From NCBI GenBank assembly GCA_025059945.1, contig JANXDC010000015.1:184053-248052 (forward strand): a stretch of DNA of 64,000 nt. Direction: 5' to 3'. The notes under the pieces were generated by a model that saw nothing but the letters and a program-made list of their open reading frames with translations, did no database searches and was not told the origin of the DNA. Below, piece by piece: positions 38,242-48,003 of this stretch; positions within the stretch are counted from its first letter, which is position 1, and each line of letters begins with the position of its first letter. A program made the position numbers and the translations under genes. The DNA comes from Bacteroidota bacterium (GTDB lineage: Bacteria > Bacteroidota > Rhodothermia > JANXDC01).

Positions 38242-40179
38242 TTAAGGCTCCACCACGGCGCCTCGGTGGCGGACTTTGGCAAGGTGCTTACGGGATGGGC
38301 TGGGGATCAGCGGCCCCAAACCCAGGCGGGGCCAGAGCACATCGATGCGCGCTATCACCTCGGGAGTCATGGTCAGGATGTTCGGCCAGGGCCTTGTGAA
38401 GCCCTCTTCGGGCCATTTGCGCGTGGCGTCGAAGACCATTCGGGAGGGTAGCCCGGGGCCGCGGGCCGGCACGATCCAGCCGTCTCGTTTGGGGTCGATG
38501 TTGTTCGTAAAGCGCCAAACGGCCTCCGATACGTCCTGCACGTCTACATCGTCCTCCAGGATCACGAGCAAACGCGTGCGCTCGAACTCCGGCATCGCCA
38601 GCAGGGCTTCTGCCACTGCTTGCGCATGACCGGGTCTGCGCTTTTCTATGGCCACGAAAGCCATAAAGGGCCGGTGCGAGGGGATGCAGAAATTCAGGTC
38701 CCGCACCTCCGGAAGCCGGGCCTGCAGTTCCGAAAGCGTGACCGGCGCCGGCTGGCCGCGCACGTCGGCTGCGTCCAAAGGACCCGCGTAACCGGAAAGC
38801 TCCTCCTCCGTTTTCGTGGTGACATCTATGGCGAGTTTGCCCCCAAAAGCCGGGCGGCTGCAGGCGTGATCCAGTACGTCCATCGGGCCTTCGGAGAAGA
38901 TCGCGTCGCGGGCCGGATCGAAGCGCTCAACCGCATAGGGGATGAACTCGGCCAGGTTCTGGATATCGGCCCCCTGGTCGGTGATGACCAGGAGCTTGGT
39001 GAACATCATCTGCCCGGCGCCCAAGACGGTGTGCATGACCCGATGGGCGTGTCCGGGGTACTCCTTCTGGACTTTTACGATCGCCAGGTTGTGAAAGACC
39101 CCCTCTAGGGGGAGGTTCATGTCCAGCATTTCCGGCAAGAGCGTCTTGCGAATCGGGGCCAGGAAGATGCGCTCCGTGGCCTTGCCCAGGTAGGCATCCT
39201 CTTGCGGGGGGATGCCCACGATCGTCGAGGGGTAGATCGCACCCCGTCGGTGCGTGATGCAGGTCACGTGAAAGACCGGATAGTAGTCCGGAAGCGAGTA
39301 GTATCCGGTGTGGTCTCCAAAGGGGCCCTCCAGCCGGAAGGGCTCTTGGGGGTCAACATAGCCCTCGATTACGATATCGGCGTCGGCGGGCACGTAAGCC
39401 GGGATGGTGCGGCAGCGGACCAGCTCAACGGGCTTTCGCCGCAGAAACCCGGCCAGGATGTACTCGTCTATCCCGTCCGGCAGGGGGGCCGTGGCGCAGT
39501 ACGTGTAGACGGGATCCCCGCCTAAGGCCACGGCCACGGGCATGCGCATGTTGCGTTCTTGATAGCGCCGAAAATGCCGGGCCGAGACCTTATGCCGGTG
39601 CCAGTGCATGCCGGTCGTGCGCCCGTCGTACACCTGCATGCGATACAGGCCCACATTCCGCACGCCCGTTTCGGGATCTTGGGTGTGGATGATGGGCAGA
39701 GTCAGAAACGGCCCGCCGTCTTCAGGCCAGCAGGTCATCACGGGAAGCTGCAGCAGGTCAGGAGGTTCCATCGTAACCTCTTGACAGGGCCCCCGAGTGA
39801 CGATCCGAGGCAGGTAGCGGGCCAGACGGCCGTATTTGGGCACCAGGCGCAGTTTGTCCAGCAACGTGCCCGGCGGGGTAAAGGAGAGCAGGTCCATAAG
39901 CTCATCGTGGATCTGGTCCAGGCTCTCCACCCCCAAGGCCAGGCACATACGCCGGTAACTACCGAAAAGGTTAATCGCAAGCGGAAACTCGGTGCCCGTG
40001 TTTTCGAACAGCAAAGCGGGCCCGCCGGACTTGACCACCCGATCCACGATCTCCGTGATCTCCAGATGCGGGCTTATCCGCTCCCGAATCCGCACGAGCT
40101 CGCCTTCGGCTTCTAGGCGCTCCAGAAAAGCGCGCAGGCTCGGATAGGCCATAGGTTCTTCCGTTCGCTTTTCGGCCAC
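38242..40179 (-). CDS. UbiD-family (prFMN-dependent) decarboxylase
   Basis: 645 aa UbiD-family architecture. It sits immediately upstream of ubiX with a 3-nt gap. In the futalosine pathway, UbiD/UbiX homologs are proposed to act in late menaquinone steps (inference). Confidence 0.85.
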   Translation of the reverse strand: MAEKRTEEPMAYPSLRAFLERLEAEGELVRIRERISPHLEITEIVDRVVKSGGPALLFENTGTEFPLAINLFGSYRRMCLALGVESLDQIHDELMDLLSFTPPGTLLDKLRLVPKYGRLARYLPRIVTRGPCQEVTMEPPDLLQLPVMTCWPEDGGPFLTLPIIHTQDPETGVRNVGLYRMQVYDGRTTGMHWHRHKVSARHFRRYQERNMRMPVAVALGGDPVYTYCATAPLPDGIDEYILAGFLRRKPVELVRCRTIPAYVPADADIVIEGYVDPQEPFRLEGPFGDHTGYYSLPDYYPVFHVTCITHRRGAIYPSTIVGIPPQEDAYLGKATERIFLAPIRKTLLPEMLDMNLPLEGVFHNLAIVKVQKEYPGHAHRVMHTVLGAGQMMFTKLLVITDQGADIQNLAEFIPYAVERFDPARDAIFSEGPMDVLDHACSRPAFGGKLAIDVTTKTEEELSGYAGPLDAADVRGQPAPVTLSELQARLPEVRDLNFCIPSHRPFMAFVAIEKRRPGHAQAVAEALLAMPEFERTRLLVILEDDVDVQDVSEAVWRFTNNIDPKRDGWIVPARGPGLPSRMVFDATRKWPEEGFTRPWPNILTMTPEVIARIDVLWPRLGLGPLIPSPSRKHLAKVRHRGAVVEP

Positions 40180-40225
40180 CCCTTTAAACCATGAAAAGGG
40201 CGATTAACGTTCGTGCTCGGCCGAA

Positions 40226-40256
40226 AACAAAAAAGCGGGCTTTTAATCCCGCCCGG
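40226..40256 (-). terminator. rho-independent terminator downstream of tRNA-Ser
   Basis: Minus-strand read GCGGG-ATTAAAAG-CCCGC followed by TTTTTTGTTTT. Confidence 0.6.
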
Positions 40257-40261
40257 TAAGT

Positions 40262-40350
<89 letters not shown>

Positions 40351-40387
40351 AAAGAAAAGATAACGCGTTGGGACGCTGAAGGACAAC

Positions 40388-41065
40388 CTACGGAACGGGC
40401 TCTAGGGCTATGACGCGGTGCACCCAGGGCAGATAGCGCAGATAAGCCAGGGGGACTTCCGAGAGGGGCTGATCCATCTCGATCACCATCTTGGCCAACT
40501 CCGCCTTGGCCTTACGGGCCACGTGCATGGTGGCGATGTTGACCCCGTCGTTGGCGATCACGGTCGAGATGATCGCGATCGAACCTTTGACGTCGTCTGC
40601 GTCGATAACGAGCGTGGGAAGTTGGGCCGAGAAGTTCACCTGAAACCCGTCTAGCTCGATGATGGAGATCAGCCCCCCGCCGCGGCTGACGCCGTACAGA
40701 TCCAGGCTCTGTCCGTCGGGAGCGCGCAGCTGTAGCCGCACCGTGTTGGGATGCAGGGTGAGCGCACCGGCCACGGGGCGAAACGCGAGGCGCAGGCCCG
40801 CTTCGGCGGCTATCGTCAGCGATTGCGGGATGCGTTCATCATCCGGGGCCATGCCGAGCAGTCCGGCCACAACGGCCCGGTCGGATCCGTGCCCTTGGTA
40901 GGTGGTAGCGAAGGAGTTGTAAAAGGTCACCAGCGCCTCCTCCGGCTGTTGTCCCAATAGCCGGCGGGCCACGTAGCCGATGCGCACCACGGCGGCCGTA
41001 TGGGAGCTAGAGGGTCCCACCATGATGGGGCCGATCATATCGAAGATGCTACTGGGCTCCGGCAT
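40388..41065 (-). CDS. sdaAB: L-serine dehydratase (iron-sulfur-dependent) beta subunit
   Basis: SdaAB N-terminus FDMIGPIMVGPSSSHTAAVVRIG and a C-terminal ACT-like domain. No alpha subunit gene adjacent. Confidence 0.75.
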   Translation of the reverse strand: MPEPSSIFDMIGPIMVGPSSSHTAAVVRIGYVARRLLGQQPEEALVTFYNSFATTYQGHGSDRAVVAGLLGMAPDDERIPQSLTIAAEAGLRLAFRPVAGALTLHPNTVRLQLRAPDGQSLDLYGVSRGGGLISIIELDGFQVNFSAQLPTLVIDADDVKGSIAIISTVIANDGVNIATMHVARKAKAELAKMVIEMDQPLSEVPLAYLRYLPWVHRVIALEPVP

Positions 41066-41082
41066 AGGGGTGAGGAGCTAAG

Positions 41083-41889
41083 TTAGGTAGCGGCCGCGGA
41101 TGCAGCCAGATCCAACGGGGGCAGCCCAAAGAGCCGGCGCGCGTTTTCGCTGGTGCGATGCGCCACCGTCGAGATTGGCTGCTCTAAGACCTCGGCCAGA
41201 CGGGCGCAGATGGGGACCAAATAGGCCGGCTCGTTACGCTTGCCCCGATACGGCACGGGGGCCAAAAACGGGGCGTCGGTCTCCAGCACAAGGTGCTCCA
41301 GGCCCACAGCGCGCACCACACGAGCAAGGGAACTGTTTTTGAACGTGAGCACGCCTCCGATGCCCAGCAAGAAGCCCAACCGGATCGCCTCCCGGGCGAA
41401 GGCTTCATCGCCGGAGAAGCAATGCAAAACGCCCCGCAGCCCCGATCGCGCCTCCTGGCGCAAAATCCGCAACAGGTCCTCGTGCGCCTGCCGATTGTGG
41501 ATCACCAAGGGCTTATCTAAGGTCAAGGCCAGCCGGATGTGCTCTCGAAAAAAGGCCTCCTGTTGAGCCGCGAAGGCGCGACCCCAATGATAATCCAGCC
41601 CCGACTCCCCGATGGCCACCACGCGCGGATGGCGGGCTAGTTCCGCAATCCGGGCCAGGTCTTCCTCGGAGGTCTTCGGCGCTTCCGAGGGATGTATGGC
41701 CGCCATGGCCCAGAGCGCCTTAGGATGGGCTTCGGCCAATTCAACGGCCGCGCGCGTCGTCTCGACGTTGGTGGCCGCCTGCAGGATCGCCTCCACGCCG
41801 GCCTGACGGGCGCGTTCCAACACCGCATCCCGATCTGGGGCGAAATCCGCCCAATACAAATGGCAATGCGTATCGACAAGCCGCATCAT
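41083..41889 (-). CDS. tatD: TatD-family metal-dependent hydrolase/DNase
   Basis: VDTHCHL and the other TatD His/Glu/Asp metal-ligand motifs (AIGESGLDYHW; HNRQAHED; ETDAPF). Confidence 0.85.
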   Translation of the reverse strand: MMRLVDTHCHLYWADFAPDRDAVLERARQAGVEAILQAATNVETTRAAVELAEAHPKALWAMAAIHPSEAPKTSEEDLARIAELARHPRVVAIGESGLDYHWGRAFAAQQEAFFREHIRLALTLDKPLVIHNRQAHEDLLRILRQEARSGLRGVLHCFSGDEAFAREAIRLGFLLGIGGVLTFKNSSLARVVRAVGLEHLVLETDAPFLAPVPYRGKRNEPAYLVPICARLAEVLEQPISTVAHRTSENARRLFGLPPLDLAASAAAT

Positions 41890-43004
41890 AGGGGTTTACG
41901 CGGCACAAAAGGAGGGGTGACGACCTCCGCGGAGGCGATTCGGCCTCGAATGGCGATCCCAATGCGGCTTCCGCTTTGGCTGTACTCTACGGGCACATAG
42001 CCCATTCCGATGCCCTGATCTAGGCTGGGGGAGTAGGTGCCGCTGGTCACCGTTCCGATGTTGCGGCCGTCCTCGGGGTCTACGATCGCGTATTCCCTTC
42101 GGGGCACGTTGGGCTTTTCGAGCCGAAACCCCACAAGCCGCCGCCGAACGCCCTCGGTCCGGATACGCGCCAGGGCTTCGCGCCCCACAAAGGGCCCCTT
42201 CTCGAGCTTTACGACCCAGCCCAGTCCCGCCTCATACGGGTGGGTCTGTTCGGTGATGTCGTTTCCGTACAAGCAGTAGCCCATCTCGAGTCGCAGCGTG
42301 TCGCGCGCCCCCAGCCCGCAGAGCGCAAGCCCGAGCTCGCTTCCGACTTCCCAAAGGGCCTCCCACACGGCCGGGGCTCGGTCGGACTCCACGAACAGCT
42401 CAAAACCTCGCTCTCCTGTATAGCCCGTAGCCGAAAGGAGCGCGCGGCGGCATCCCAGGAATCGACCGTCCTCCAGGACGCGAAACCGATAATGTGGGAT
42501 CGCGCTCACGTCCAGGTCGGGCAAAAGCCGGCTGAGGATCGCCTCCGAAAGCGGGCCCTGCAGGGCCAAGAGGGCCGTCTCCTCGGATACGTCCACCAGC
42601 TCCGCGCCCACTCGGTTATGCGCCGCAAGGTGGGCCCAGTCCTTGGTCGTGTTGGCCGCGTTGACCACGAGCAGGTACTCGGATTCCGAAATGCGAAATA
42701 CGAGCAGATCGTCCACGATCCCGCCGTCTTCCCGACACAACAGGCTGTACTGGGCCTTGCCGTCTGCAAGACGGCTTACGTCGTTTGTGGTGAGCTCCTG
42801 CAAAAAGGCCGAAGCCCGGGGCCCGCGAACCAAGATCTCCCCCATGTGCGAGACGTCAAATAGCCCGGCCCGCTCCCGGACGGCTCGGTGCTCTTCCACT
42901 ATGCTCGTGTACTGCAAAGGCATCTCAAAGCCGCCAAAGGGGACCATCTTGGCCCCGGCCCTGAGGTGATGCGCATGTAGCGGGGTGCGCTTCAGCGCGC
43001 TCAT
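41886..43004 (-). CDS. gcvT: glycine cleavage system aminomethyltransferase T
   Basis: GcvT motifs (FDVSHMGEI, folate-binding region). ATGA overlap with the tatD start. Confidence 0.9.
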   Translation of the reverse strand: MSALKRTPLHAHHLRAGAKMVPFGGFEMPLQYTSIVEEHRAVRERAGLFDVSHMGEILVRGPRASAFLQELTTNDVSRLADGKAQYSLLCREDGGIVDDLLVFRISESEYLLVVNAANTTKDWAHLAAHNRVGAELVDVSEETALLALQGPLSEAILSRLLPDLDVSAIPHYRFRVLEDGRFLGCRRALLSATGYTGERGFELFVESDRAPAVWEALWEVGSELGLALCGLGARDTLRLEMGYCLYGNDITEQTHPYEAGLGWVVKLEKGPFVGREALARIRTEGVRRRLVGFRLEKPNVPRREYAIVDPEDGRNIGTVTSGTYSPSLDQGIGMGYVPVEYSQSGSRIGIAIRGRIASAEVVTPPFVPRKPL

Positions 43005-43019
43005 GCTGGTTTTTCCCGT

Positions 43020-44312
43020 CTAGGGGTGTTCCTCTATCCACTGACCTCGATTGTAGATGGCCCAGGCACGACCCACAAGGCTCTGCCCGATAAACGGCGT
43101 GTTGCGGGATCGGGATCGGATATGACGGGGCTCTACGGTCCACGTGGTCTCGATGTCGAAAACCGTCAGGCAGGCGGGCTCCGCCACGGCTATGCGCGGT
43201 ATGGGCAGGTTCAGGATGCGGCGTGGGGCGATTGTGATCTTGCGCAGGGCCTCCACAAGGCTCAGCACCCCCGGACGTATGAGCTCGCGCACGATCAAGC
43301 CCCAAGCCGTCTCCAAACCGATGATCCCGAAGGGCGCGGCCGAAAATTCGACTTCCTTCTCTTCGGGCGCATGCGGGGCGTGATCGGTGGCGATGACGTC
43401 GATCGTGCCATCGACCAGCCCCGCCTTCAGGGCGGCCACATCCTGAGCCGTGCGCAGAGGCGGGTTCATCTTCGTGTTGGGATCGTAGGCGCGTTCGGCC
43501 ACAGCCTCGTCCGTGAGGGCGATGTGATGCGGGCAGACCTCTGCCGTCACGGGCACCCCCTCGGCCTTGGCGCGGCGCACCAGCTCCACCCCGCGCGCCG
43601 TGGAAAGATGCGCCACGTGCAGGTGGCCCCCGGTTCGAGCGGCCAGCTCCAGATCGCGCGCCAGCATCGCGGTCTCGGCCTCGGCGGGGATCCCTTTGAG
43701 CCCCAGCCGCGTCGAGACGGCGCCTTCGTGCATGACGCCGTCGGCGCTGAGCGCGGGCTCCTCCATATGATTGATGATCGGCCGTCCGAGCATGCGCGCA
43801 TACTCCAGGGCCCGGCGCATGAGGCCGGCATGCCAGATCGGAGCCCCATCGTCGGAGAAGGCCACCGCGCCGGCCTGCGCCAGATCCCACAGTTCGGCCA
43901 GCTCACGCCCCTCTCGGTTTTTGGAGACGCAGCCGATCGGATAAACGTCTACGGCCTCGTAAGCGGCTCGGCGGTAGACAAACTCGATCGCGTCGCGGGT
44001 ATGCAGTGGCGGGATGGTGTTCGGCATGCAGGCTAGGGCCGTAAAGCCCCCGAAGGTGGCCGCCCGACAGCCGGTCGCGATGGTCTCCTTGTGCTCCTGA
44101 CCCGGCTCTCGGAGATGCACGTGCATGTCCATCCAGCCAATGGATACGTAGGCCCGCCCCTCGAAGTCCCGTTCTGGGGTATCGGAGGGGACCTCTAGCG
44201 CCGGACCCAGGCCCGCGATCCGCCCCTCGGCTAAAAACACATCCATGGGCGCGCTGATGGTTCCGCGCTCTACGTCCACAATCCGGACCCGGCGCAGCAG
44301 AAGGCGCTCCAT
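43020..44312 (-). CDS. pyrC: dihydroorotase (cyclic amidohydrolase)
   Basis: Metal ligands HVHLREP...K...H...H...D (DHAPH). Start ATG 44312 (MERLLLRRVRIVD). The listed ORF start at 44429 is an upstream alternative. Confidence 0.8.
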   Translation of the reverse strand: MERLLLRRVRIVDVERGTISAPMDVFLAEGRIAGLGPALEVPSDTPERDFEGRAYVSIGWMDMHVHLREPGQEHKETIATGCRAATFGGFTALACMPNTIPPLHTRDAIEFVYRRAAYEAVDVYPIGCVSKNREGRELAELWDLAQAGAVAFSDDGAPIWHAGLMRRALEYARMLGRPIINHMEEPALSADGVMHEGAVSTRLGLKGIPAEAETAMLARDLELAARTGGHLHVAHLSTARGVELVRRAKAEGVPVTAEVCPHHIALTDEAVAERAYDPNTKMNPPLRTAQDVAALKAGLVDGTIDVIATDHAPHAPEEKEVEFSAAPFGIIGLETAWGLIVRELIRPGVLSLVEALRKITIAPRRILNLPIPRIAVAEPACLTVFDIETTWTVEPRHIRSRSRNTPFIGQSLVGRAWAIYNRGQWIEEHP

Positions 44313-44438
44313 GGCGAGGAGCTGAATCCGTGCTCTTGAAGCCCGCACAAAGGTACAAAACGGACGTCTATGTCGGTATGCGTCTTGTTTGGTATGGCGC
44401 CTTGGTGAAATCTTACCGATCCCAAACAAAGGCTAATT

Positions 44439-45206
44439 ATGTGGACTCGGATCGGCTTGGGATGCGCGCTCTGGCTTGCCGGATGCGAGACCCTATTGGT
44501 ATCCGATCTCGGGCGCGCCCCTGAGATCGTGCGCCTTTCGGTCAGCCCGCAGGAGGTGCTTCTGGATCCGCTGCCGCCGGGCCCAGACGGCCGCGTAACG
44601 GTCACGTTGCGCGTGGAGGCCGACATTCGCGATCCGGATGGCAACCTGCAGGACGTGCGGGTCTGGTGCCGCGATCCCTATCAGGAGGCCGTCTCGGCTG
44701 AGGCGGAGCTCACCCGGGTCGGCCAAGATCGCTACGCGGGGGAGCTCCTGTTGCGCCTGGCGCGCGGGGCCGTGGGCCAGTACACGGTCTACGCGCAAGC
44801 CCGGGATCGGCGCAACCGGGTTACGAACATCCCCCGCGTGGAGCTCTTGGTGCGGGCCACGGGCAGCCCGCCTCGAATTCTTGAGGTACGTGCGCCCTCG
44901 GAGGTGCGCATCCCCGCTCAGGGAAGCCGGTTTTTCGAGGTGGCCGCTTGGGTCGAAGATCCAGACGGGCCGGAGACGATCGCGCGTGTCTACCTGGTCA
45001 CCCCGACTGGACAGGAAATCGACCTCTACGACGATGGTCGGGTAAACGAAACAGGAGACCAACGCGCCGGAGACGGCCTCTATACGCGTCGGCTGTCCGT
45101 ATCGAGCGCCAACGCGCCGGGTCGGTACTCCTTTACGTTCTACGCCGTCGACCGGGCCGGTCTGCGCAGCGAACCCCGCTTGCACGTAATCGAGCTCATA
45201 CCATGA
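44439..45206 (+). CDS. hypothetical lipoprotein with Ig-like/beta-sandwich character
   Basis: Signal peptide with lipobox ...LWLAGCET. No catalytic motifs. ATGA overlap with the next gene. Confidence 0.45.
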   Translation: MWTRIGLGCALWLAGCETLLVSDLGRAPEIVRLSVSPQEVLLDPLPPGPDGRVTVTLRVEADIRDPDGNLQDVRVWCRDPYQEAVSAEAELTRVGQDRYAGELLLRLARGAVGQYTVYAQARDRRNRVTNIPRVELLVRATGSPPRILEVRAPSEVRIPAQGSRFFEVAAWVEDPDGPETIARVYLVTPTGQEIDLYDDGRVNETGDQRAGDGLYTRRLSVSSANAPGRYSFTFYAVDRAGLRSEPRLHVIELIP

Positions 45207-46726
45207 GGCGGCTGCTTGCGTTGTGTTTCGGGCTTTGGGGGGCCGCCTCGGCTTACGGGCAGGCCCCATCCCCAACGCGAGGCGGAGGGGATTCGCTTCT
45301 GGCCGGTATTACGCGCAACGCCGTTACGCATCTAGCCGTACAGGGTCCGGTGCTCTGGACAAGCCCCAAGCTCGCCTACACGGCCGACGGTGGGCGCAGC
45401 TGGAGGTTGGCCCGCGCCGATTCCCTGTACAACGGCCGCGGCACGGTCTACGCGCTGCACGTCGAGGGCGATACGATCTGGGCCTCTATCGGCTACAGCC
45501 GGCGCATGGAGCTGGGCGGCCGCGTTGAGTTCGTGCCCACGGCCATCGGTTTTGTCTACTCCGTAGACCGAGGGCGCAGCTGGACGTTTCGCCCTCCGCA
45601 GCTGGATGCGGCCACCGACACGGTCATCCTGTACGGCCGAAGCCGCATTCGAGCCGTGCCCGTGATCGCGCCCGAGCAGAGCGTGGTCTATGACCTGCAC
45701 TACCGGCACGGTCAGCTGTGGGTGGCCGGTTGGGCCTCGGGCATCCGGCGCTCCCGAGACATGGGGCGCACCTGGGAGCGCATCGTGCTTCCGCCGCAGG
45801 AGCTCAGCGCCATCCGGCCCGATGAGCCGTACGCGTTCGTGCTTGATCCGCGCCGGGACTTCAATTTTCTGGGCTTTTCCGTTTTCGTAGATCGGCGCGG
45901 CGTCGTCTGGGCCGGCACGGCCGGCGGCTTGCATCGCTCCGAAGACGGCGGTCGAAGCTGGCGCGCGATCCGGGCAAGCCGCGCCCCGGGCGCGCTGGCC
46001 GGAAATTGGATCATCGGCATCCACGAGCAGCCCCTTGGGGAGCAGAGCCGACTGTGGGCGATCACCTGGCCGGCGCAGTCCGAGGAGCACTTCGCTCTGT
46101 GTGTGAGCGCCGACGACGGCCGCACGTGGCGTTCCCTGCTGTGGGGCGAGCGCCTATACCAAGTCGCCTTTCAGGGAAGGCGCATCTGGGCGGCCGGGGC
46201 AAACGGGCTCTTTTATTCTGATGACGGGTTCAGCTGGCAACACATCCGACAGCCTGCGTTGCGCTCCGGAGGGGCTCTGCGGCCAGATTGGATCGCCTAC
46301 GCGGTGGCCGTTCAAGATTCGCTTCTCTGGGTGGGCACAAGCGACGGTCTGCTGCGTTCCGCAGACGGCGGGCGCACTTGGGATCTGTGGCGTGTAGAGG
46401 TCCCGCTGCGGCCGATGAACCCCGATCCCCGCATGCCCGAGGTGGAGACCTATGCCTACCCCAACCCCTTTGCCCCGCGCAGGGATGGCTGGTGTCGGAT
46501 CCGGTTCGCTTTATCCCGTTCTGGTCCCGTGACGGTGCGCATCTACGACTACGCCCTGAATCTCGTGGCCACCCTGCGACGGGCCGAACCGCTGCCGGCC
46601 GGCACGCACGAAGTGCCCTGGGACGGACAAGACGCCAAGGGCCGGCGCCTGGCCAACGGGGTGTACTTCTACGTGGTCGAGACCCCCTCTGGAACGTTCC
46701 GAGGCAAGATCCTGCTGCTGGAGTGA
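45203..46726 (+). CDS. BNR/Asp-box repeat protein (Ycf48/sialidase-like beta-propeller) with T9SS C-terminal sorting domain
   Basis: Signal peptide MRRLLALCFGLWGAASAYGQ. Seven or more BNR motifs (DGGRSW, DRGRSW, DMGRTW, DGGRSW, DDGRTW, DDGFSW, DGGRTW). C-terminal approximately 85 aa matches the T9SS type-A CTD (YPNPF...GVYFYVVET...). The listed ORF start at 44948 is over-extended. Confidence 0.7.
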   Translation: MRRLLALCFGLWGAASAYGQAPSPTRGGGDSLLAGITRNAVTHLAVQGPVLWTSPKLAYTADGGRSWRLARADSLYNGRGTVYALHVEGDTIWASIGYSRRMELGGRVEFVPTAIGFVYSVDRGRSWTFRPPQLDAATDTVILYGRSRIRAVPVIAPEQSVVYDLHYRHGQLWVAGWASGIRRSRDMGRTWERIVLPPQELSAIRPDEPYAFVLDPRRDFNFLGFSVFVDRRGVVWAGTAGGLHRSEDGGRSWRAIRASRAPGALAGNWIIGIHEQPLGEQSRLWAITWPAQSEEHFALCVSADDGRTWRSLLWGERLYQVAFQGRRIWAAGANGLFYSDDGFSWQHIRQPALRSGGALRPDWIAYAVAVQDSLLWVGTSDGLLRSADGGRTWDLWRVEVPLRPMNPDPRMPEVETYAYPNPFAPRRDGWCRIRFALSRSGPVTVRIYDYALNLVATLRRAEPLPAGTHEVPWDGQDAKGRRLANGVYFYVVETPSGTFRGKILLLE

Positions 46727-46732
46727 GGGCCT

Positions 46733-47740
46733 ATGCGTTTGGGCGCTTTTGCGCTTGGATTTCTACTCTGTGCTCATCCGACCGCCGCCCAAGATGCAGG
46801 CGCGCCCGGGGCCTTTGTGCGGCTTAGCTGGAGTGCGCGCGCCCTGGCTCTGGGCGATGCTCTTGTGGCCGTACCGTGGGGAACGGTATCCGGCCCGCAC
46901 AATCCCGCGCTCCTGCCTTGGAGCCCCGCACAGAGCGTGCAGGCCTTTGCGGCCCTTTTGGCTCTGGACCGGCAACTGATGGGGGTTTCGTTTCAGGCCC
47001 CGCTTCGGCCCTCAGCTGGCGTTACGGTCGGGATCGTGCAAGCCGGCGTAGGGCGTATCGATGGGCGCGACGCAAGCGGCTATCATACGGGTTGGCTGCA
47101 CGCGGCCGAGCAACGTCTGCACTTCGGCTTCGGATACCGCATGGGTCCTCGGGCGGCCTTTGGTGTCGGTTTCAGCTTCAACCGCAGCCAGCTGCATCCC
47201 GCCCTTTCGGCCCCCACCACGTTGGGCGTGGACGTGGGGTTGTTGCTGGAGCTGCATCCAAACTGGTATCTGGGCGTTTCCGTGGCGGACCTGTTGGCCC
47301 GCTACAGTTGGGATACGGCCGCCCTGTACGGGGCGGAGGGCGCCGCAAGCACGGATCGCTTTCCGTTGCGCATACGCCTCGGCTCGGCGCGTTCCTGGGG
47401 TCCTTGGATGGCCACCGGAGAGCTAGAGGTGCGGGCCTACACGGCCGAGCGACGGCTAAACCAGGTGGAGATCCGCGGGGGTGCGCCCATAATCCTGCAA
47501 CGCCGGCAGACGGAGCGCCTTTGGACGAGCCGATGGTCGGGGGGTCTGGAGTACGCCTGGCGCGACGCCCTGCTGTTGCGAGCCGGGCTGCAGGGGGACG
47601 CGACGGGCTGGCGACCTGGGGCTGGATTTGCCGTGCGCCGTCTTGTGGGCGAGCTCACCCTGGAGGCGGGATACGCCATGGGTTGGCAAGAGCCCGTCGG
47701 GCTTTTGGGCCATCGTCTCGAGCTCAACGTGCGCTTTTAG
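46733..47740 (+). CDS. outer-membrane beta-barrel protein, possibly PorP/SprF- or PorV-like T9SS-associated
   Basis: Signal peptide MRLGAFALGFLLCAHPTAAQ. Alternating amphipathic beta-strands. C-terminal beta-signal ...LELNVRF. Family assignment is tentative. Confidence 0.45.
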   Translation: MRLGAFALGFLLCAHPTAAQDAGAPGAFVRLSWSARALALGDALVAVPWGTVSGPHNPALLPWSPAQSVQAFAALLALDRQLMGVSFQAPLRPSAGVTVGIVQAGVGRIDGRDASGYHTGWLHAAEQRLHFGFGYRMGPRAAFGVGFSFNRSQLHPALSAPTTLGVDVGLLLELHPNWYLGVSVADLLARYSWDTAALYGAEGAASTDRFPLRIRLGSARSWGPWMATGELEVRAYTAERRLNQVEIRGGAPIILQRRQTERLWTSRWSGGLEYAWRDALLLRAGLQGDATGWRPGAGFAVRRLVGELTLEAGYAMGWQEPVGLLGHRLELNVRF

Positions 47741-47961
47741 GTATCGTGTGCGCGCCCTACGTAGGCCAAAAGCCGAACCGGAAAGCTGCGCCGCTCTTGC
47801 CCCCGGCGCACGTGCGCCAGCTGCCGATCGGCCTCATAGCGTTCGACTTGCCACTCGTAGCGCGTTCGCTCCGGACCGGCTGCACGCCAGCTGTCTAACT
47901 CCATCCAGCGCACCACCACATCGCCAGGTTCCAAGGGGATTTTCTCCTGCGGCTCCGGCAT
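47737..47961 (-). CDS. hypothetical small protein (74 aa)
   Basis: Clean ORF with high GC3, charged composition and no homology recognised. Convergent 4-nt overlap with the upstream gene. Confidence 0.3.
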   Translation of the reverse strand: MPEPQEKIPLEPGDVVVRWMELDSWRAAGPERTRYEWQVERYEADRQLAHVRRGQERRSFPVRLLAYVGRAHDT

Positions 47962-48003
47962 GGATTGCGCTTCCCTGCGGCAAGGCCCTAATTTGCTTCA
48001 AAG

